A DNA stretch of 64,000 nucleotides from Phyllosticta citribraziliensis (taxonomy: Eukaryota). The first letter of the stretch is position 1. Every line of letters begins with the position of its first letter. Under the pieces are notes generated by a model. That model was not told where the DNA came from. It did no database searches and was given only the letters and a program-made list of their open reading frames with translations. Position numbers and translations under genes: made by a program. The DNA lies in NCBI RefSeq assembly GCF_038025025.1, contig NW_027117350.1, forward strand, positions 992,001-1,056,000. The letters are read 5' to 3'. Shown one piece after another: positions 26,908 to 39,408 of this stretch.

Positions 26908-27711
26908 ATGGCCACCACAACCATATCAACATCAACCACGACCACTTCGCGAAGAAGGCCCACCATCACTCTGCGAGCCGAGCAACACCCCAAGCCGCTC
27001 CCATCATCCACCATCCAGGAAGAACGCCAGCAACAACAAAAAACGTTCCCCTTCCTGCGCCTACCAGGCGAGCTCCGCAACCAAATCTACGAGCTCCTCC
27101 TGACCTCCCCCACGCTGCCAGCGCTGCAGCAAAAAGCGCGCCACTGCCACACCGCCACGGCCAGCAGCAAACTGCCACGCGCCGACATCCACCCGGCCAT
27201 CCTCAGCACCTGCCGCCAGATCCACGCCGAAGCCACGCCCATCCTGTACGCGCGCACCACCTTCGCCGCGCACCCATCGCTGCTCGCCAAACTGCCGCAC
27301 CTCGTGCGGCCCTCGCGCCCCATCCTCGCCAACACCGTCATCAGCCAGATCCGCCACTGGCGCCTCGCCGTCCGCCTCGACACCGACCCGCTGTACAGCG
27401 CCGCCGACGCCGCGGCTGCCTTCTCCGGCGCCGACTCCCTCGAGCTGGACGTGTGGCAGACCGGCTTCGGCGACGTGTGCGACTACGCCGCGCTGCGCCT
27501 GTTCGAGGACGTCCGCGGCGTCGGGCGCGTCACGATCAACGGCGCTGTTGAGCCGCGCTTTGCCCGCTGGCTCGAGCTCGTCATGATGAGCCCGCCCGAC
27601 AGCGACGAGGAGTTGGCTAGTGGCGCCAGTACGCCTGCGTATGTCGAGTGTGATGGTGAGGATGGCCGCCGTATGCCTAAGGACTTGCGCGCGAGGCCGT
27701 CGTGGTTGTAA
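26908..27711 (+). CDS. Conserved fungal hypothetical protein with an N-terminal F-box-like motif
   Basis: Intronless 267-aa ORF with strong C3 codon bias. FPFLRLPGELRNQIYELLL and AILSTCRQIHAEATPILY are typical of fungal F-box-like hypotheticals. Confidence 0.8.
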   Translation: MATTTISTSTTTTSRRRPTITLRAEQHPKPLPSSTIQEERQQQQKTFPFLRLPGELRNQIYELLLTSPTLPALQQKARHCHTATASSKLPRADIHPAILSTCRQIHAEATPILYARTTFAAHPSLLAKLPHLVRPSRPILANTVISQIRHWRLAVRLDTDPLYSAADAAAAFSGADSLELDVWQTGFGDVCDYAALRLFEDVRGVGRVTINGAVEPRFARWLELVMMSPPDSDEELASGASTPAYVECDGEDGRRMPKDLRARPSWL

Positions 27712-28545
27712 GGAGACGAAGTGGAAGGGAATGGACGAATGAGTTTTGTATCGTTGCATGGGACTGGCGTTTTGGGATTCGGATTGGGATGGGATGGCAT
27801 GGGATGGGACTGCTGGAAAACTTTTCCTCAATGCCTGGGTTAGAGGTGTTCTGGGTCTTTTCGTTTTGCTGGGCAGGCGAAAACAGAGAGAGAGAGACGA
27901 ATTAGATACCCAAAGCTGCACCAATTATCAAACAACACTATCATCTTCAACCTTCTACTCCACGCACAATGACCAACAACAAATGTTTCTTCCGAGTCAG
28001 GACAGAATACACATTCACAGTCGTAGTGCACAATTCATTTTCATCTCTTTCATTTGGAGCAGCCGCTGCCTACATATCTCAAGCCAGCGGCGCCAAGCAC
28101 AGATACCTGTGTGCCTGTTACGGCACATACACGGCCTACCCAAATCTTTACAAACGAGATGGGAACACCGTCCATCCACCTCTCAATGATGATGAGACAA
28201 GGAAAAAGAAGTAGCCCTTTGATCCAGCCAACGCCGTATTTCGCCCACCCATCCGCCATCCCATGAAGCCCTCCGCGTGCTTTTTTTGTTTCGTTCGTTC
28301 GGTCCACACCACACACACACACGCGCGCGTCAAGAGTGTTGAGAGGAAAACACGGAGTGAGAGCGACTGCCTTTCTTCTTTCTTTTCTTCCACCAGAACC
28401 ACGCCATGGCCAACGGTCTGCCTAGGGTATCCTGCCTCGTGCAAGATTCTCTCGTGACTTGTGCGCTGCGTCGACGTCTTGATTGAATTTGATTCGGGAA
28501 GCAATCGACGGCTCTCCACGCGTCGTCGTCGCCAGTCGCGGCAGC

Positions 28546-29335
28546 TTAGCGGGTCAAGCTGCTCTGGGCCTTAAGGACAGCCTTGACAACACCCTCATAG
28601 GCGTCCTTAAAGTCAGCCTCGTCATCGGCCTTGACGGAGGGGTCGGCCTTCTTGGCGGCGGGGCGGTCGCGGCACAGCATGACGACCGAGGTGGGGCGCT
28701 TGGTGTTGCCGGCGGCGCCCAGCTCGGCGCGCGACGTGACGAAGATGTACGGGATGTTGTGGTCCTCGCACAGCACGGGGATGTGCGAGATGACGTCCAT
28801 GGGCGAGATGTCGGCGGCGATGACGACGACGGCCGCCGGGTCCGTCACGCTCGACGACGCCGGCAGGTTGGTGTTGGACTTGCGGACTGCCTTGACGACT
28901 TCCTTGACGCCGCGCTTGAGCGTCTTGTTCTTGGCGGCTGTGGTGTTGCGAGAGCGTTAGTGGATGGTTCGTGGTCTAGAAGATGCGGTGAGGTTTGCAT
29001 GATGCAAAGGAAATAGACGTACCCTTCTTGACCGTCTTGAACAGCTTCTTGGTCACCTTGTCGTCGGCGAGCGGCACGGCGAACGGCACCAGCGCGCCTC
29101 TAATCACGCCCTTGGTCTCCTCGTCGCCGCTCTCGTCGGCCGCGGCCGTCTCCGCCTTGACGACCAGCTTGGACTCGACCGGCTTGTCGTCGCTGATGCT
29201 GGCAATCAGAGCCTCGGTGACGTGCTCGGATGTCTTCTTCTCCTTCTTGTCCTTCTTGCTCTTCTTGATGCCGTCCGACTCGGACCGCTTCTCCTTCTTC
29301 TCCTTCTTGTCCTTGACCTGCTTTTCCTTGGCCAT
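28546..29335 (-). CDS. NHP2: H/ACA snoRNP subunit Nhp2 (L7Ae family) with Lys-rich N-terminal extension; intron 28938-29022
   Basis: LVPFAVPLAD..KTVKKAAKNKTLKRGVKEVVKAVRK..VVVIAADISPMDVISHIPVLCEDHNIPYIFVTSRAELGAAGNTKRPTSVVM. Confidence 0.93.
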
Positions 29336-30042
29336 TGCGACGGTGATGACTTTCCGTGTGTGTGTTGTTGGAGATTGGGTTGTGGTGGTGGTGGTTGGGA
29401 CGTGGAGCTGCTTCGTCGCGCGCGTGGGTAGCTCTGCGGTGGTCGACTGCTGTGCGGAAGTCCAAAAATTTCGAGAGAGCCCGGACCATGGCCTAATGCG
29501 GTATAGCGCCCAACGACATCAACCTCCGAGCCACCGGTCGACTCGATCACTTGCCCTTCACCCTCGCCAATACCCAACTGTCCATTACATGTCGCAATAA
29601 TTTGGTCACTGGCATACTGTTTCGGTTCTTCTAGAGACAAGATCTCGAGTCTTTTCTCAAAGGCTGCTACTGACAACACGAACAGCATCTCAAGTGTCAT
29701 TCATCAACCACATTTTCTTGCCCTGTCTCTTGCGTCTTCCTTTGCTCAATGTTTCAACAAACAAGTCAATTCCCTTTTCGTCCAATGTCTGAAACCAGTC
29801 GAGTGCTCCCAGTACCGTTGCGCACTCCGCCTCGGGAAGCAAGAAGCGCACAGGCACACATCACAGATGACCAACAGGCCATTGGTAGGAGGCGACGCAG
29901 AAAGACCAAAAAAGTTTTCCACAACCGGCTGGATACATTCAAAGCTCTATATATACATTTCGAAGGAACTTTTCTCTCCGATCTCAACAATACATCCACT
30001 ACGAAGCATTCAAACACCAACAATGGCCAAGTCCTCAACAGC

Positions 30043-31163
30043 CTAGCAGTCGTACTCATCGTCGTCAGTCGACGCGACGTTAGCCGCAGCCGGGGTAGCT
30101 TGGGCAGCAGGAGTCGTCCTGGCAACAGTCTGCAGCGTCGTGGGCGTAGCAGCGGCCGCCGGCGTCGACGCAACCACAGCGGGCGTCGAGGCCGCAGGGG
30201 TACCAGCGGCAGGAGTAGAGGCACCCGACGACGAACCACCGGCACCCGACCACAGCTCCGGGCCCGGGATGGGGTATTCGGAGAGGGTGTCGTAGATGTT
30301 GAAGACGAGGTCCTGCTCGGTGTAGAGCGAGCCGCCGGCCACGCCGTCGGCGGGCAGCGCTGAGGAGCCCGAGCCCGTCACCTTGACGTTGTAGCACTGC
30401 GGGTAGGGCTGCGCGCCGCCGGCCGTGCCCGCGCTGTGCAGCGCGATGATCTCGTGGCGCAGCACGTAGTTGCCGGCCGCGAGCGATGACGGGATCGTCG
30501 CCACCGTGTTGTTGTTCTCGCGCAGCTTGTCCGTCGCCCAGACTTGCTCGTCCGTGGTGCCGGGCGTGAGGAGACCCTTTTGTCGTGTCGTTAGCAAGAG
30601 AGAACGCTTGGTTGGTGCTTTGATAACTCACGCTCTGGTAGACCTTGGTCCACTTCAGGTCCGTCACCGAGAGGCTGGTGCAGTCGCCCGTCGCGCCATC
30701 GCCGCAGGGGGCCATGTACTGGTATCTATTGTCAGCCTTTGAGTCTCGCTGTTGCATCGACGTCGTCCTTACAGTGATGATGGGTCCCTTGTGCGACTCG
30801 GGCCAGCCGCTGCCGCCACCAAACTGGCCCCAGACAATGTTGAGGTCAGCGCCAGCCGCAGCGTTCATGTACGCCGTGGCAGCGGTGGCGTTGTCGTGGC
30901 AGTTCATGCTCTCGCTGGAAAAGTCCGTGACGGGGCCCATACCGTAGCCGCCGGCGTGCCATGCCGCGACATCGGGGACTGGGTTCTCGCTAGAAGCTGT
31001 TAGCAGAGCTCGACCACCGCCTGAATGAGGACTGTTCTTACTAGACGTAGTTGGGGCTCCAGCCATCGTAGGTCTTGCCGCCAGTGCTAATGTCGACGAT
31101 GACGCCGTGGGCCGAGACGGAGGCAGCGCCAGCTGCGAGAAGGGCAAGAGTCCTGCGAGACAT
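30043..31163 (-). CDS. Secreted AA9 (GH61) lytic polysaccharide monooxygenase, no CBM1; introns 30990-31041, 30719-30772, 30577-30631
   Basis: Signal peptide [18 protein letters not shown] followed by His1 (HG), second His in [47 protein letters not shown], and an Ala/Thr/Pro-rich tail. Confidence 0.93.
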
Positions 31164-32134
31164 GGTTGCAATGGGGGATCTGGATGAGGGAGTGAATGGG
31201 TTTCGAAAAGACAGAATACGGCGCCAGGCCTAAAGTCAAGCAAGAGAGTGAATGAGCGAAGAAAAAAGAACTTGTTCCACACAGTAGAAAGGCGCTGGCC
31301 GCGGCCACACTGGCAAGGCAGACAGCCATATATATGTGCTATAGACGACACTCGCCCTACGACGGTGGTACCTACGCCCAGGCATGTGGGTCCCCCTCAA
31401 TATGGACTCGGTATTTCTGGCTGCGGGCCTGGCGCCCAAGGGCATCCGTCCGGTGTCTTCTCTGCCTTCGACCCCTTCATCTGTCTCGCAAGTCTTGGGA
31501 GGGTGGTGTTGGGGGGTGCAGCGGCAAGCCACTCAGGCACCTGGGCGTACGGGCGACATTCCGTCAATAGGAGCGATCGACGGCCTCGTTAGCGACGTTT
31601 GGCTAAGCGCGCTGCTTGTGGGCGCGCACAGAGTCTACCCGACCGACTTGAAACGGTCGTGTTTTTCATGCCGCTTGTTTCGTGTTGCTCGCGTCGAACC
31701 CACGTCCAGCCGACGAGCAGTTGATTCTTTCTTTTTCGGTTTTGAGTAGCCCGTGGTTGGTTGCAAGAGGGGAATTTTTCGAGAAGCCGTCCCGGACGTC
31801 ATTCTGGGGTCGCTGTCGCTTGTGGTTACCAGACACGAGTGTATGTAGTGAACGGAGACGTCAAGCTTGGCGTGCAACTCTTGGTTCGAGGATGAATGTT
31901 TGATCGGCTGCGAGTGATTTCTCCGCTGGCCGGACGGCCTTCTCCAAAGTGCGACGTCTGCCTCAATCTTCCATCTGCAAGCCGTGTACCACCACGGCCA
32001 GGCTGCTTGATGTGCAACCTCGTCTGGCTCAGGAAAACCGTCCAACGGCCCGAGCATCCAAAGCCAACACCAAGAACATCTCTCTGCCATCCACGCCACG
32101 TCCAAGCTCCTTCCTTGATGTGGTAGCGAGTGCT

Positions 32135-33133
32135 TTAGATGGCCGTGAGCTTCCACTTCTCGTACAACCCCACACCGCCCGCCACGATGCCCAAGAAGCC
32201 AATCCAGGCGTCGCTGATGAAGCCCTCCTCGCTGCTCCAGTGCAGCGTCATGGGCGCCCACGCCAAATTGCTGACGACCTGCTTCCACCACGCCAGCGCC
32301 CTCGCCCTCCTGTCTTCTTCCTCCGACACCTTGCTCTTGTCCTGCTCCTCGTTGCTCTCTTTCGCCCACACCCAGCCCAGCCGCGCCAACTCGAGTCCCA
32401 CGTACGCCGCCCAGAATCGCGAACTCCACACCCACCACCGCGCCACCCGGCGCTTGCCCTTCTCCCCCGTCACCCACTCGCCGTTCAACACGCCCTTGTC
32501 CGCCAGATACGCGCTGTTCTCGAGCGCCTGGAACGCCGCGCTGGCGGCGACCTCGCCCCACACGAGCGCGCGCTGGACGTAGTCCTTATCCTTCTCCTGC
32601 TTGCCCGCGTCTTCGAGCCACACGCCGCGCGCCCAGGTATACACTTCGAGCAGGGCCCACAGGCGGACAAAGACGCGAAAGTCGCCGACCAGCGCGCTCA
32701 GCTTGGTCATGGCCTCGGTGGCGCGGCTGGCGCGCGCGAGCCGCGACGACGGCGGCAGCGCCGCGATGAGCGTCTCGCCGGGCAGCAGCGCGCCCGTCGC
32801 CTTGATGGCCAGCGCCGCCGCGAAGCGCTCCAGCCGCGCCGACACGTACGCCCGCGTGTGCGCCGCCACGAACGTCAGCGTGTACGACAGCGTGCACAGC
32901 AGCGAGTCGGTCCCCGACGGCGTCGAGAGCAGTCGCGAGAGCCGCAGCAGCAGCGCGTCTGCTGTCGTGAGCACCCGCCGGACGTGGGTTGCGCGCGCTC
33001 TTGCTGCTGCTGCCGGTGGTTGAGGCGGCTTTTCGCTCGGCGTCGATGTCGTTACGGGCGCAGGCTCGGGTGCTGATGACGGCGCTGGCGCCGCGGCGTC
33101 TGCTGCTGCTGGTGATGATGCTGTTGCGTCCAT
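32135..33133 (-). CDS. Peroxisomal membrane protein of the Pex11 family (Pex11C-like)
   Basis: LLSTPSGTDSLLCTLSY, LVGDFRVFVRLWALL, FQALENSAYLADKGVL, WVWSSRFWAAYVGLELARL, NLAWAPMTLHWS, and a C-terminal hydrophobic segment. Intronless ORF with coding bias. Confidence 0.78.
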   Translation of the reverse strand: MDATASSPAAADAAAPAPSSAPEPAPVTTSTPSEKPPQPPAAAARARATHVRRVLTTADALLLRLSRLLSTPSGTDSLLCTLSYTLTFVAAHTRAYVSARLERFAAALAIKATGALLPGETLIAALPPSSRLARASRATEAMTKLSALVGDFRVFVRLWALLEVYTWARGVWLEDAGKQEKDKDYVQRALVWGEVAASAAFQALENSAYLADKGVLNGEWVTGEKGKRRVARWWVWSSRFWAAYVGLELARLGWVWAKESNEEQDKSKVSEEEDRRARALAWWKQVVSNLAWAPMTLHWSSEEGFISDAWIGFLGIVAGGVGLYEKWKLTAI

Positions 33134-33585
33134 GATAAGGCAAGGAGGGTCGGTCCGCCGTGGTGTTTTCCGCCGGACACAGCGAGTACCGTAGATATAC
33201 ACAGAAGAGAAAGAAGATTACGAGATTACGCCGGTCTAATGATCATGAGCGTCTAGATGCAGGTGTGGGAGACGAAAGAGAAAGAACGTGTTTACGGAAA
33301 CAAAAAAGCGTGGCATGGCGGGCATGTGGTCTGCCATGCTGCGCCCGATAAGCCGAGGTCTTGCAGATGCCGGGGACGGTGGGATGAAGCCGAAGCTACC
33401 GTGCTGGCCGAGGGGCAGCGTATCTAATCGATCGTCCTCGGAGATCTCGGGGAGCGCTCGCCATGACTTGGACGTTGCCAGGAGAAGCTGAAGTCAACAT
33501 GTTTTTATACAAGAAATAGATCTCCAATACAACCGCCTGTCATCTACCACGTAGGTCTCCCAAAGCCTAGCACACGCGTACGAGT

Positions 33586-36151
33586 CTACCTCCTCGTCCC
33601 ACCCAACTGCCCAATCATCCTCTCAATCTCGTGTACCGCGGCGCCACTCGCCTTGCCCTTCAACTCCACCAACGTATTCATATCCTTAGCCTTGAGCGCC
33701 TCCTCGCCCGCTCTCACAAGCAAGCCGCACTTGACAAACATCTCGACGCGGTCCGGAGGTGGCAGGTTGGTGCACTTGGGCACAAACAGCGCCGCCGTGC
33801 GCGTGTTGCCTGCCGCAAGGCACTCGTTGAAAAACGGCTCCCACCCGATTGGGCTCTTGCGCTGTTTCGATATCTCTTCAATCTCGCTCCAGTCGCGCTT
33901 GGCAACCAGCCCGCGCAGCCGCACCCACCAAAACGTGCGGTCGGGGATCTTGAACTCGGATTGGACTTTGGCGGCCCGCTTCATGTGGCCTGCGCGCACC
34001 ATGCGGAACAGCGTCTCGTTGACCGAGAGGCCGACGACGCTGATGCCCGGGTTGTTCGGGTTATTGCTGGGGTTCCCGCCGCCGCCGAGGTCCTTTTCGA
34101 ATGCTTCCTGTAGCTTCAGAAGGCGCTGCGCTTCGTCGAGGGCCTTGACATTGAAGCCGTGCTCACGCGAATCGTGCAGCAGCTTAGCCGCAAGCTTCAT
34201 CTTGTCGATGCGCGCTGCAACAGTCGGCTGCACGAGGGCCTCGGCGACGAGAAGATTGGCGCCGTCGAGGCGCCGGTCATCCTGATAGTACAGGTCTTTC
34301 AGCAGCTCGCGGTCTTGGTCGAGGGCTGATGACTCGACCAGCGCTGTTGCTACTGGCCGTGACGTCACGGTGCGGAAGAAGCTGGCGAGCGTCAGCTGCT
34401 TCTTGAGGTGCGTCAGCACGTGGAACACGAGGTCCGAGTCGCCCGACTCGATGGCCTTGTCCAATGCGATTGTGTCTTCTTTCATGTCAAGCAGTAGTGG
34501 CACTTGTTTGCCTGCACGCGGCTCGTAGTCAAGCAGTTCGGTGGCTAGACGAGAGCGCCCCTCATCATACGCAGCGCGGGCGATTTCTTCAAACGAGATG
34601 CCTGGCTTGCCCGAGAGCTTCTGCACAATAAGGCGGCAGATGCTCTCTTCGTCGTCATTGGAGAGGCGCACTTTCTGGCTTGCCCAATGCACATAAATGC
34701 GATCGGTTGGAAGGCGAAGGTAGTCTGAAATCTTGAGGGCAAGCTGGTACTCATGGCGGTTGATGAGCCGCTCAATCAGCTTCTCCGGCGTCAAGCGCAT
34801 GTACTGATCGTAAGAGAGTGGGAGACCGATCTCGAAGAAGCGGACGGCATTGAGCACTCGCAGAATCTCGCACATTTCCACAAAGTCGTCGCTGTTGTAC
34901 AGGTCCAGCACCGACTTGCCGAATGACGCCGCCTTGAGGAGCTGCTTTTGCCAATGAATGCTGTATTCGTGTCCGGCTGCCTTGATGCACGTGTCGACCG
35001 CTTCGGCCAGGCTTGGCCGGATCAATTGAATAAGGTCGTCAGCCTTGGGGGACTTTCTTTCCAAGTGGTCTACTGCCTCCAGGAGAACAGCCGCTGGAGA
35101 CTCGGATCCCAGCCGGAACGTTTCCTCGGTGACGTCTGGAACCCTGTAGATGAATTCACACAGCTCGTTTGTGAGGATGCGGATGCCGTCGACGTCGGTG
35201 ATCAGGTGAACCCAGCTGTCGTAAAAGAACTTTGTTCCAGAGCCATTGGGACCAACAACGTGAATCTCGTCTTCCCATGCGAGGATGACGGCGCTGTTGC
35301 CACACCACTGCATATCCTTGGGCATTGTCCTCGCTCGCGAGTCGTATTCGGAGAGCTTGTTTTGAAAATCGCTGCTGACGACCCAGACCTTGCTATCCTC
35401 CGTGTAGAGCGCCACGTACTTTCCATTGGGAGAGACGCTTGTATGTCTAAAGGGACCTCGTTGGAGGAGGCGATCCTCGCAGTCGGTTGCGTCGACCAGG
35501 TATATGGTTTCGCCAATGGCCAGCAGGACCTCGACGGATCGTGAAAGGGTTTCGGTTGGAGGTATGATGGCCCAGGACTCGACTGGATCTTCGGGCGGAG
35601 TGGCCAGCAGCTTTGGGCGAGGGTCGCCATATCTCGACACGGACACGAGGCGGTTGTTGTTTAGCAGGGCGACGAAGCCAGAGCCCCAGAAGCGACACGC
35701 GCGCACGCCAACCTCGTCGGCGCCATTGCCCAGCGAAAAGGGCGTAAAGTCGCCTTGCAGGTCCTGATAGCAGCGCACCGATCCATCTTCTGAAATGACG
35801 AGCAGCTGCTCTTCCGAAGACCAGCCCAGGCCCTTGATGGAGCCCTTGTCCCAGCCGATGCTGCGGAGGAGCTTGCCGGCGCAGCTGTAAATGTCTATGG
35901 TCGACTTGGCGGCCTGGGTGCCGCGGTACGACTGGATTTTGGATTCGTCGCGATAGATTGCTGCGGGCGACGGTCAGCGGTGGAGAGCTTGGGCGCGCGT
36001 GCGGAGGGTGCATACCTACAGCGCCGCTGTAGGGAGCTCCGACGACGACGTAGTTTTCGAGCTCGAGGTCCTGGTCAAAGACGTCGGTGTAGAGCTGGAG
36101 CTTGCGGTAGAAGCGATCGCCTACCCGCTCCCAGTCAGCGGTTGGCTTCAT
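33586..36151 (-). CDS. VPS16: Vacuolar protein sorting 16 (HOPS/CORVET subunit); intron 35961-36015
   Basis: MKPTADWERVGDRFYRK..GAPYSGAVAIYRD, QKQLLKAASFGKS, LRVLNAVR, EPRAGKQVPLLL, ALDKAIESGDSDLV, KSPIGWEPF. Confidence 0.95.
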
Positions 36152-36856
36152 GGTGGACCGAGAGGCGTGGGCGGGCTCATGTTGGTTGTTGGTCGGCGAG
36201 CTCGAGCTCGTGCTGTGCGGTTGAGTCGGCGCATCCTGGTCCTGGTCCTGGTCCGACATGGTCCGGCTGTCACCGCTCCAACGTCAACGTCATTTTTCTA
36301 TCCAAACACTCGTCCACTTTGAAATCGGTTATCTCTCAGTTTCACTGTTGACAAGATGCAGCCTTGTACGACGCTTGCCTGCATCACCCTCGGTTTGGAT
36401 CGGAGCAGAGCAAGCCCCCATGTCCAGCGCAAGACACGACAATTCCAGCTACATGCGGGTCCATTGACATGGGGGCCAATAATCCGTGGATCGCATCTCA
36501 TCACAGACTAATTTCATGTTGCGCACTATTTTTTCGCCAATTCATTCCAAGACGACGCCCTCAACTAAACGCAAAAGATTGTCGTGCAGAGAACTGTGGC
36601 CATCGCGGGATGGCCAATAGATACCCATCTCTACATCACTGGGGAGTCTGAAACTGTATCCCCGCATGGCTCAATGCTCCCCTTCTCATCTACTCATCGT
36701 AGCATGACTGAGGACCGGCACTCGGTCCCACTCGCAGCGGACAAATAAAGAGCTATTGGAAAGGGAAATACAGCCTCCAGGCGTCAAGACCATCTCTTCA
36801 GTTGTATCAGTTAGATCTAGGACTGGTACTGCCTCAGTCTGCGGACAGGGAAGAAG

Positions 36857-38830
36857 ATGAATGCATCTCATTTCCCCTATCGACCGCTCCAGGCACAGAC
36901 TCAAGAAATTCGAATCATCCAAGTCCTGCCCCTGGCTGAAGAATCGAACGATAGCTCACAAGTACACTGCAAGTTGAAGCATGTTCATCTTACTGACGAG
37001 CCGGAGTATTGCGCCCTCTCGTACGTCTGGGGCGACCCGCAAGCCAAAAGCACAATCACCTTGGACGACCGGCAGGTTGGCGTCACAGTCAACCTGGAGA
37101 CAGTGCTGCGGCAACTGGCAGGCAATCTACGAGACAAAAGAGACAACCATTTAGATCTCTGGGTCGACGCCCTATGCATAGACCAAGCAAACGCACACGA
37201 AAAGACGCAGCAAGTGTCCCTTATGAACCAGATCTACAATAAAGCGACGCAGACAATCTTCTGGCTGGGGACCGCGAGCGACGACAGCAACGTCGCCATC
37301 GAATGCCTGGAGTGGCTCAGCACACAGCGGCAGCAAAACTTCCGCCGCGTCCTCTCGTGGACGCAAGTCCAGTTCGACCCGGAGGCCGACTTGACGTCGG
37401 ACGTCGGCACCATCCAAAGCTCTCTAGATGTAATTCTCGCGGTGCTCTGCAGCGACGACATGCGGCGGCTCCGAGCGCTTGGAGCACTGTTCGACCGCCA
37501 GTGGTTCCGCCGTGTCTGGGTGCTGCAAGAAGCCGCGCTGTCGACCAGCGGCGTCGGCATGATTGGCGCCGCGTCCTTCGACGCCTACGATTTGGAGTGC
37601 GGTTTCAATTTGCTGTGCGGGCTGCGCGACTACTTGCGCATGGTGCCCATCGTCGCGACGGCGGATGCATGGCAGGGCACCACCAGCTCTTCTCCATCAG
37701 CCGTGGCCGACTTTCTGACGCAAAAGCTCGGCAGCGCCACGGCCGTCGTTTTTTCACGCGGTGCCCTGTACCTGCGTCAGCTTCTCTACCTGCTGGCGAA
37801 TCCAGACGCGCCTCTCGAGGCGTCGGACGAGCGGGACTATGTCTTCGCGCTGCTGGGTCTCGCGACCGACGCCGAAGAGCTGGGGACTCGGTCGGACTAC
37901 TCCAAGAACTGGAGCCAGATCAGGGTCAACGTGGCGAAGGCGTGCTTGAAGCACTACGGCTATGGAATGGAGGTCTTGTTCTTCTGCAAATCTCGTCCTG
38001 GACGCTGTCCGTCACAACAGGCACCGTCAGAAGGTTTTGATGCTAGGAATGAGAACACGGGGGAAGATGTGCCTTCATGGGCACCCGACTGGTCTCCCCT
38101 ACGTCTCCCTAGACCACTCAGCATCCGCTCGCGCTTCAGTTTCTTGAGGGGCGGCGGGCGGCGCAACGCGTACAACGCGTGCGGCAACACTAAAAGCAAC
38201 ATCACTGACGAATCCTTCCTACCAAACGGCGTCCTCGCGCTCTGCGCTACACGCGTCGACCCCATTACACTGCGCGGCAGTCAACTCACAAACAGCTCGT
38301 CCTCCTCTTCCTCCGACAACAACAACAACGCCGCCCTCGCCGCCTACCTGACCGCCATCAACCACACCTTCTACCCCGCCGCCACGACCTTCTACAAAAC
38401 CTTTCCCCTCATCTCCGCCGCGCTCTACAAAACCCCCATCGCCGACCGCAGTCTCGTCCACAACTACGAGCCACAGCGCACCTCGGCCGGCGACGACGCG
38501 CTCCTCCAACAGGGCTACGTCGACCTGCTCAACAGGCGAACCAGCCGCGACGCCGCGCGCTACGCCGACATCGCACGCTACAAGCTGTGCGGGCGGCGGC
38601 CGTTCGCCACGGCGCGCGGCATGCTGGGGCTCGGGCCGGTAGAGCTGCGCGAGGGCGACGTCGTGTGGGTGCTGTGGGGCGCGGATGTGCCGTTTGTGCT
38701 CAGGCGCGAGGGCGGTGGTGCTGGGGAGGGGCGGTGGAGCGTTGTCGGCGAGGCGTATGTGCATGGGATCATGGATGGCGAGGCCACGACGCGGACGGGG
38801 CCAAAGTGGGAGGAGATTCACTTGGTGTAG
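36857..38830 (+). CDS. HET-domain protein, HET-6-like family (heterokaryon incompatibility domain)
   Basis: Intronless 657-aa ORF. HET blocks YRPL..EIRII, YCALSYVWGD, LWVDALCIDQ, QQVSLMNQIY, WFRRVWVLQE; HET-6-type C-terminal blocks DERDYVFALLGL, PSWAPDW, GDVVWVLWGADVPFVLR, VGEAYVHGIMDGE. Confidence 0.9.
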   Translation: MNASHFPYRPLQAQTQEIRIIQVLPLAEESNDSSQVHCKLKHVHLTDEPEYCALSYVWGDPQAKSTITLDDRQVGVTVNLETVLRQLAGNLRDKRDNHLDLWVDALCIDQANAHEKTQQVSLMNQIYNKATQTIFWLGTASDDSNVAIECLEWLSTQRQQNFRRVLSWTQVQFDPEADLTSDVGTIQSSLDVILAVLCSDDMRRLRALGALFDRQWFRRVWVLQEAALSTSGVGMIGAASFDAYDLECGFNLLCGLRDYLRMVPIVATADAWQGTTSSSPSAVADFLTQKLGSATAVVFSRGALYLRQLLYLLANPDAPLEASDERDYVFALLGLATDAEELGTRSDYSKNWSQIRVNVAKACLKHYGYGMEVLFFCKSRPGRCPSQQAPSEGFDARNENTGEDVPSWAPDWSPLRLPRPLSIRSRFSFLRGGGRRNAYNACGNTKSNITDESFLPNGVLALCATRVDPITLRGSQLTNSSSSSSSDNNNNAALAAYLTAINHTFYPAATTFYKTFPLISAALYKTPIADRSLVHNYEPQRTSAGDDALLQQGYVDLLNRRTSRDAARYADIARYKLCGRRPFATARGMLGLGPVELREGDVVWVLWGADVPFVLRREGGGAGEGRWSVVGEAYVHGIMDGEATTRTGPKWEEIHLV

Positions 38831-39307
38831 TACCTTTGTGTCGTTTTGGCAGTGGCTGAGGTTCTCTATAGGAAACCAAGGATGTGAGACTGACTGAACC
38901 CTTGTTCCTTCAACCCTTTCCAAAGCAGCAGCAGCCCCCTGCCAACCAGTGTGGTGATGGCCAAAAAAAAGACTGGACCTTGCCGAACCTGCCATCCGCA
39001 ACCATTTTCCCAAAAAATGAAAGGTGTTCCTCCCATCGCAGACTGGCCCTTGAACTCTTCATGAAGCAACAGTCCGCGCGCCTAACAAGTTGGTCATTTG
39101 AGCCAGCTAGCCAGCCGGTCTGAAGATCGTTGAAAATGATCTCGCTTCCATCCACCGCAAATCGCTTTTTCCCCTCCGTCATCCTGCTTTTGAGATGAGA
39201 AGGTTCTCAGAAAAGAGACAAAGCTCAAAGAAAAATAGGAGAAGGCCCAAAAGAAAACTGCAAGTGAGTCGTGAATTTCGTTCCAAGTCGGAGGTGAAGT
39301 GTATCTC

Positions 39308-39373
39308 TCAGTGATTGTTGTCGGTGTCATCGTCGTCATCAGCAGTCGACCAAGTATCAGACGAGCCCAACGA

Positions 39374-39408
<35 letters not shown>

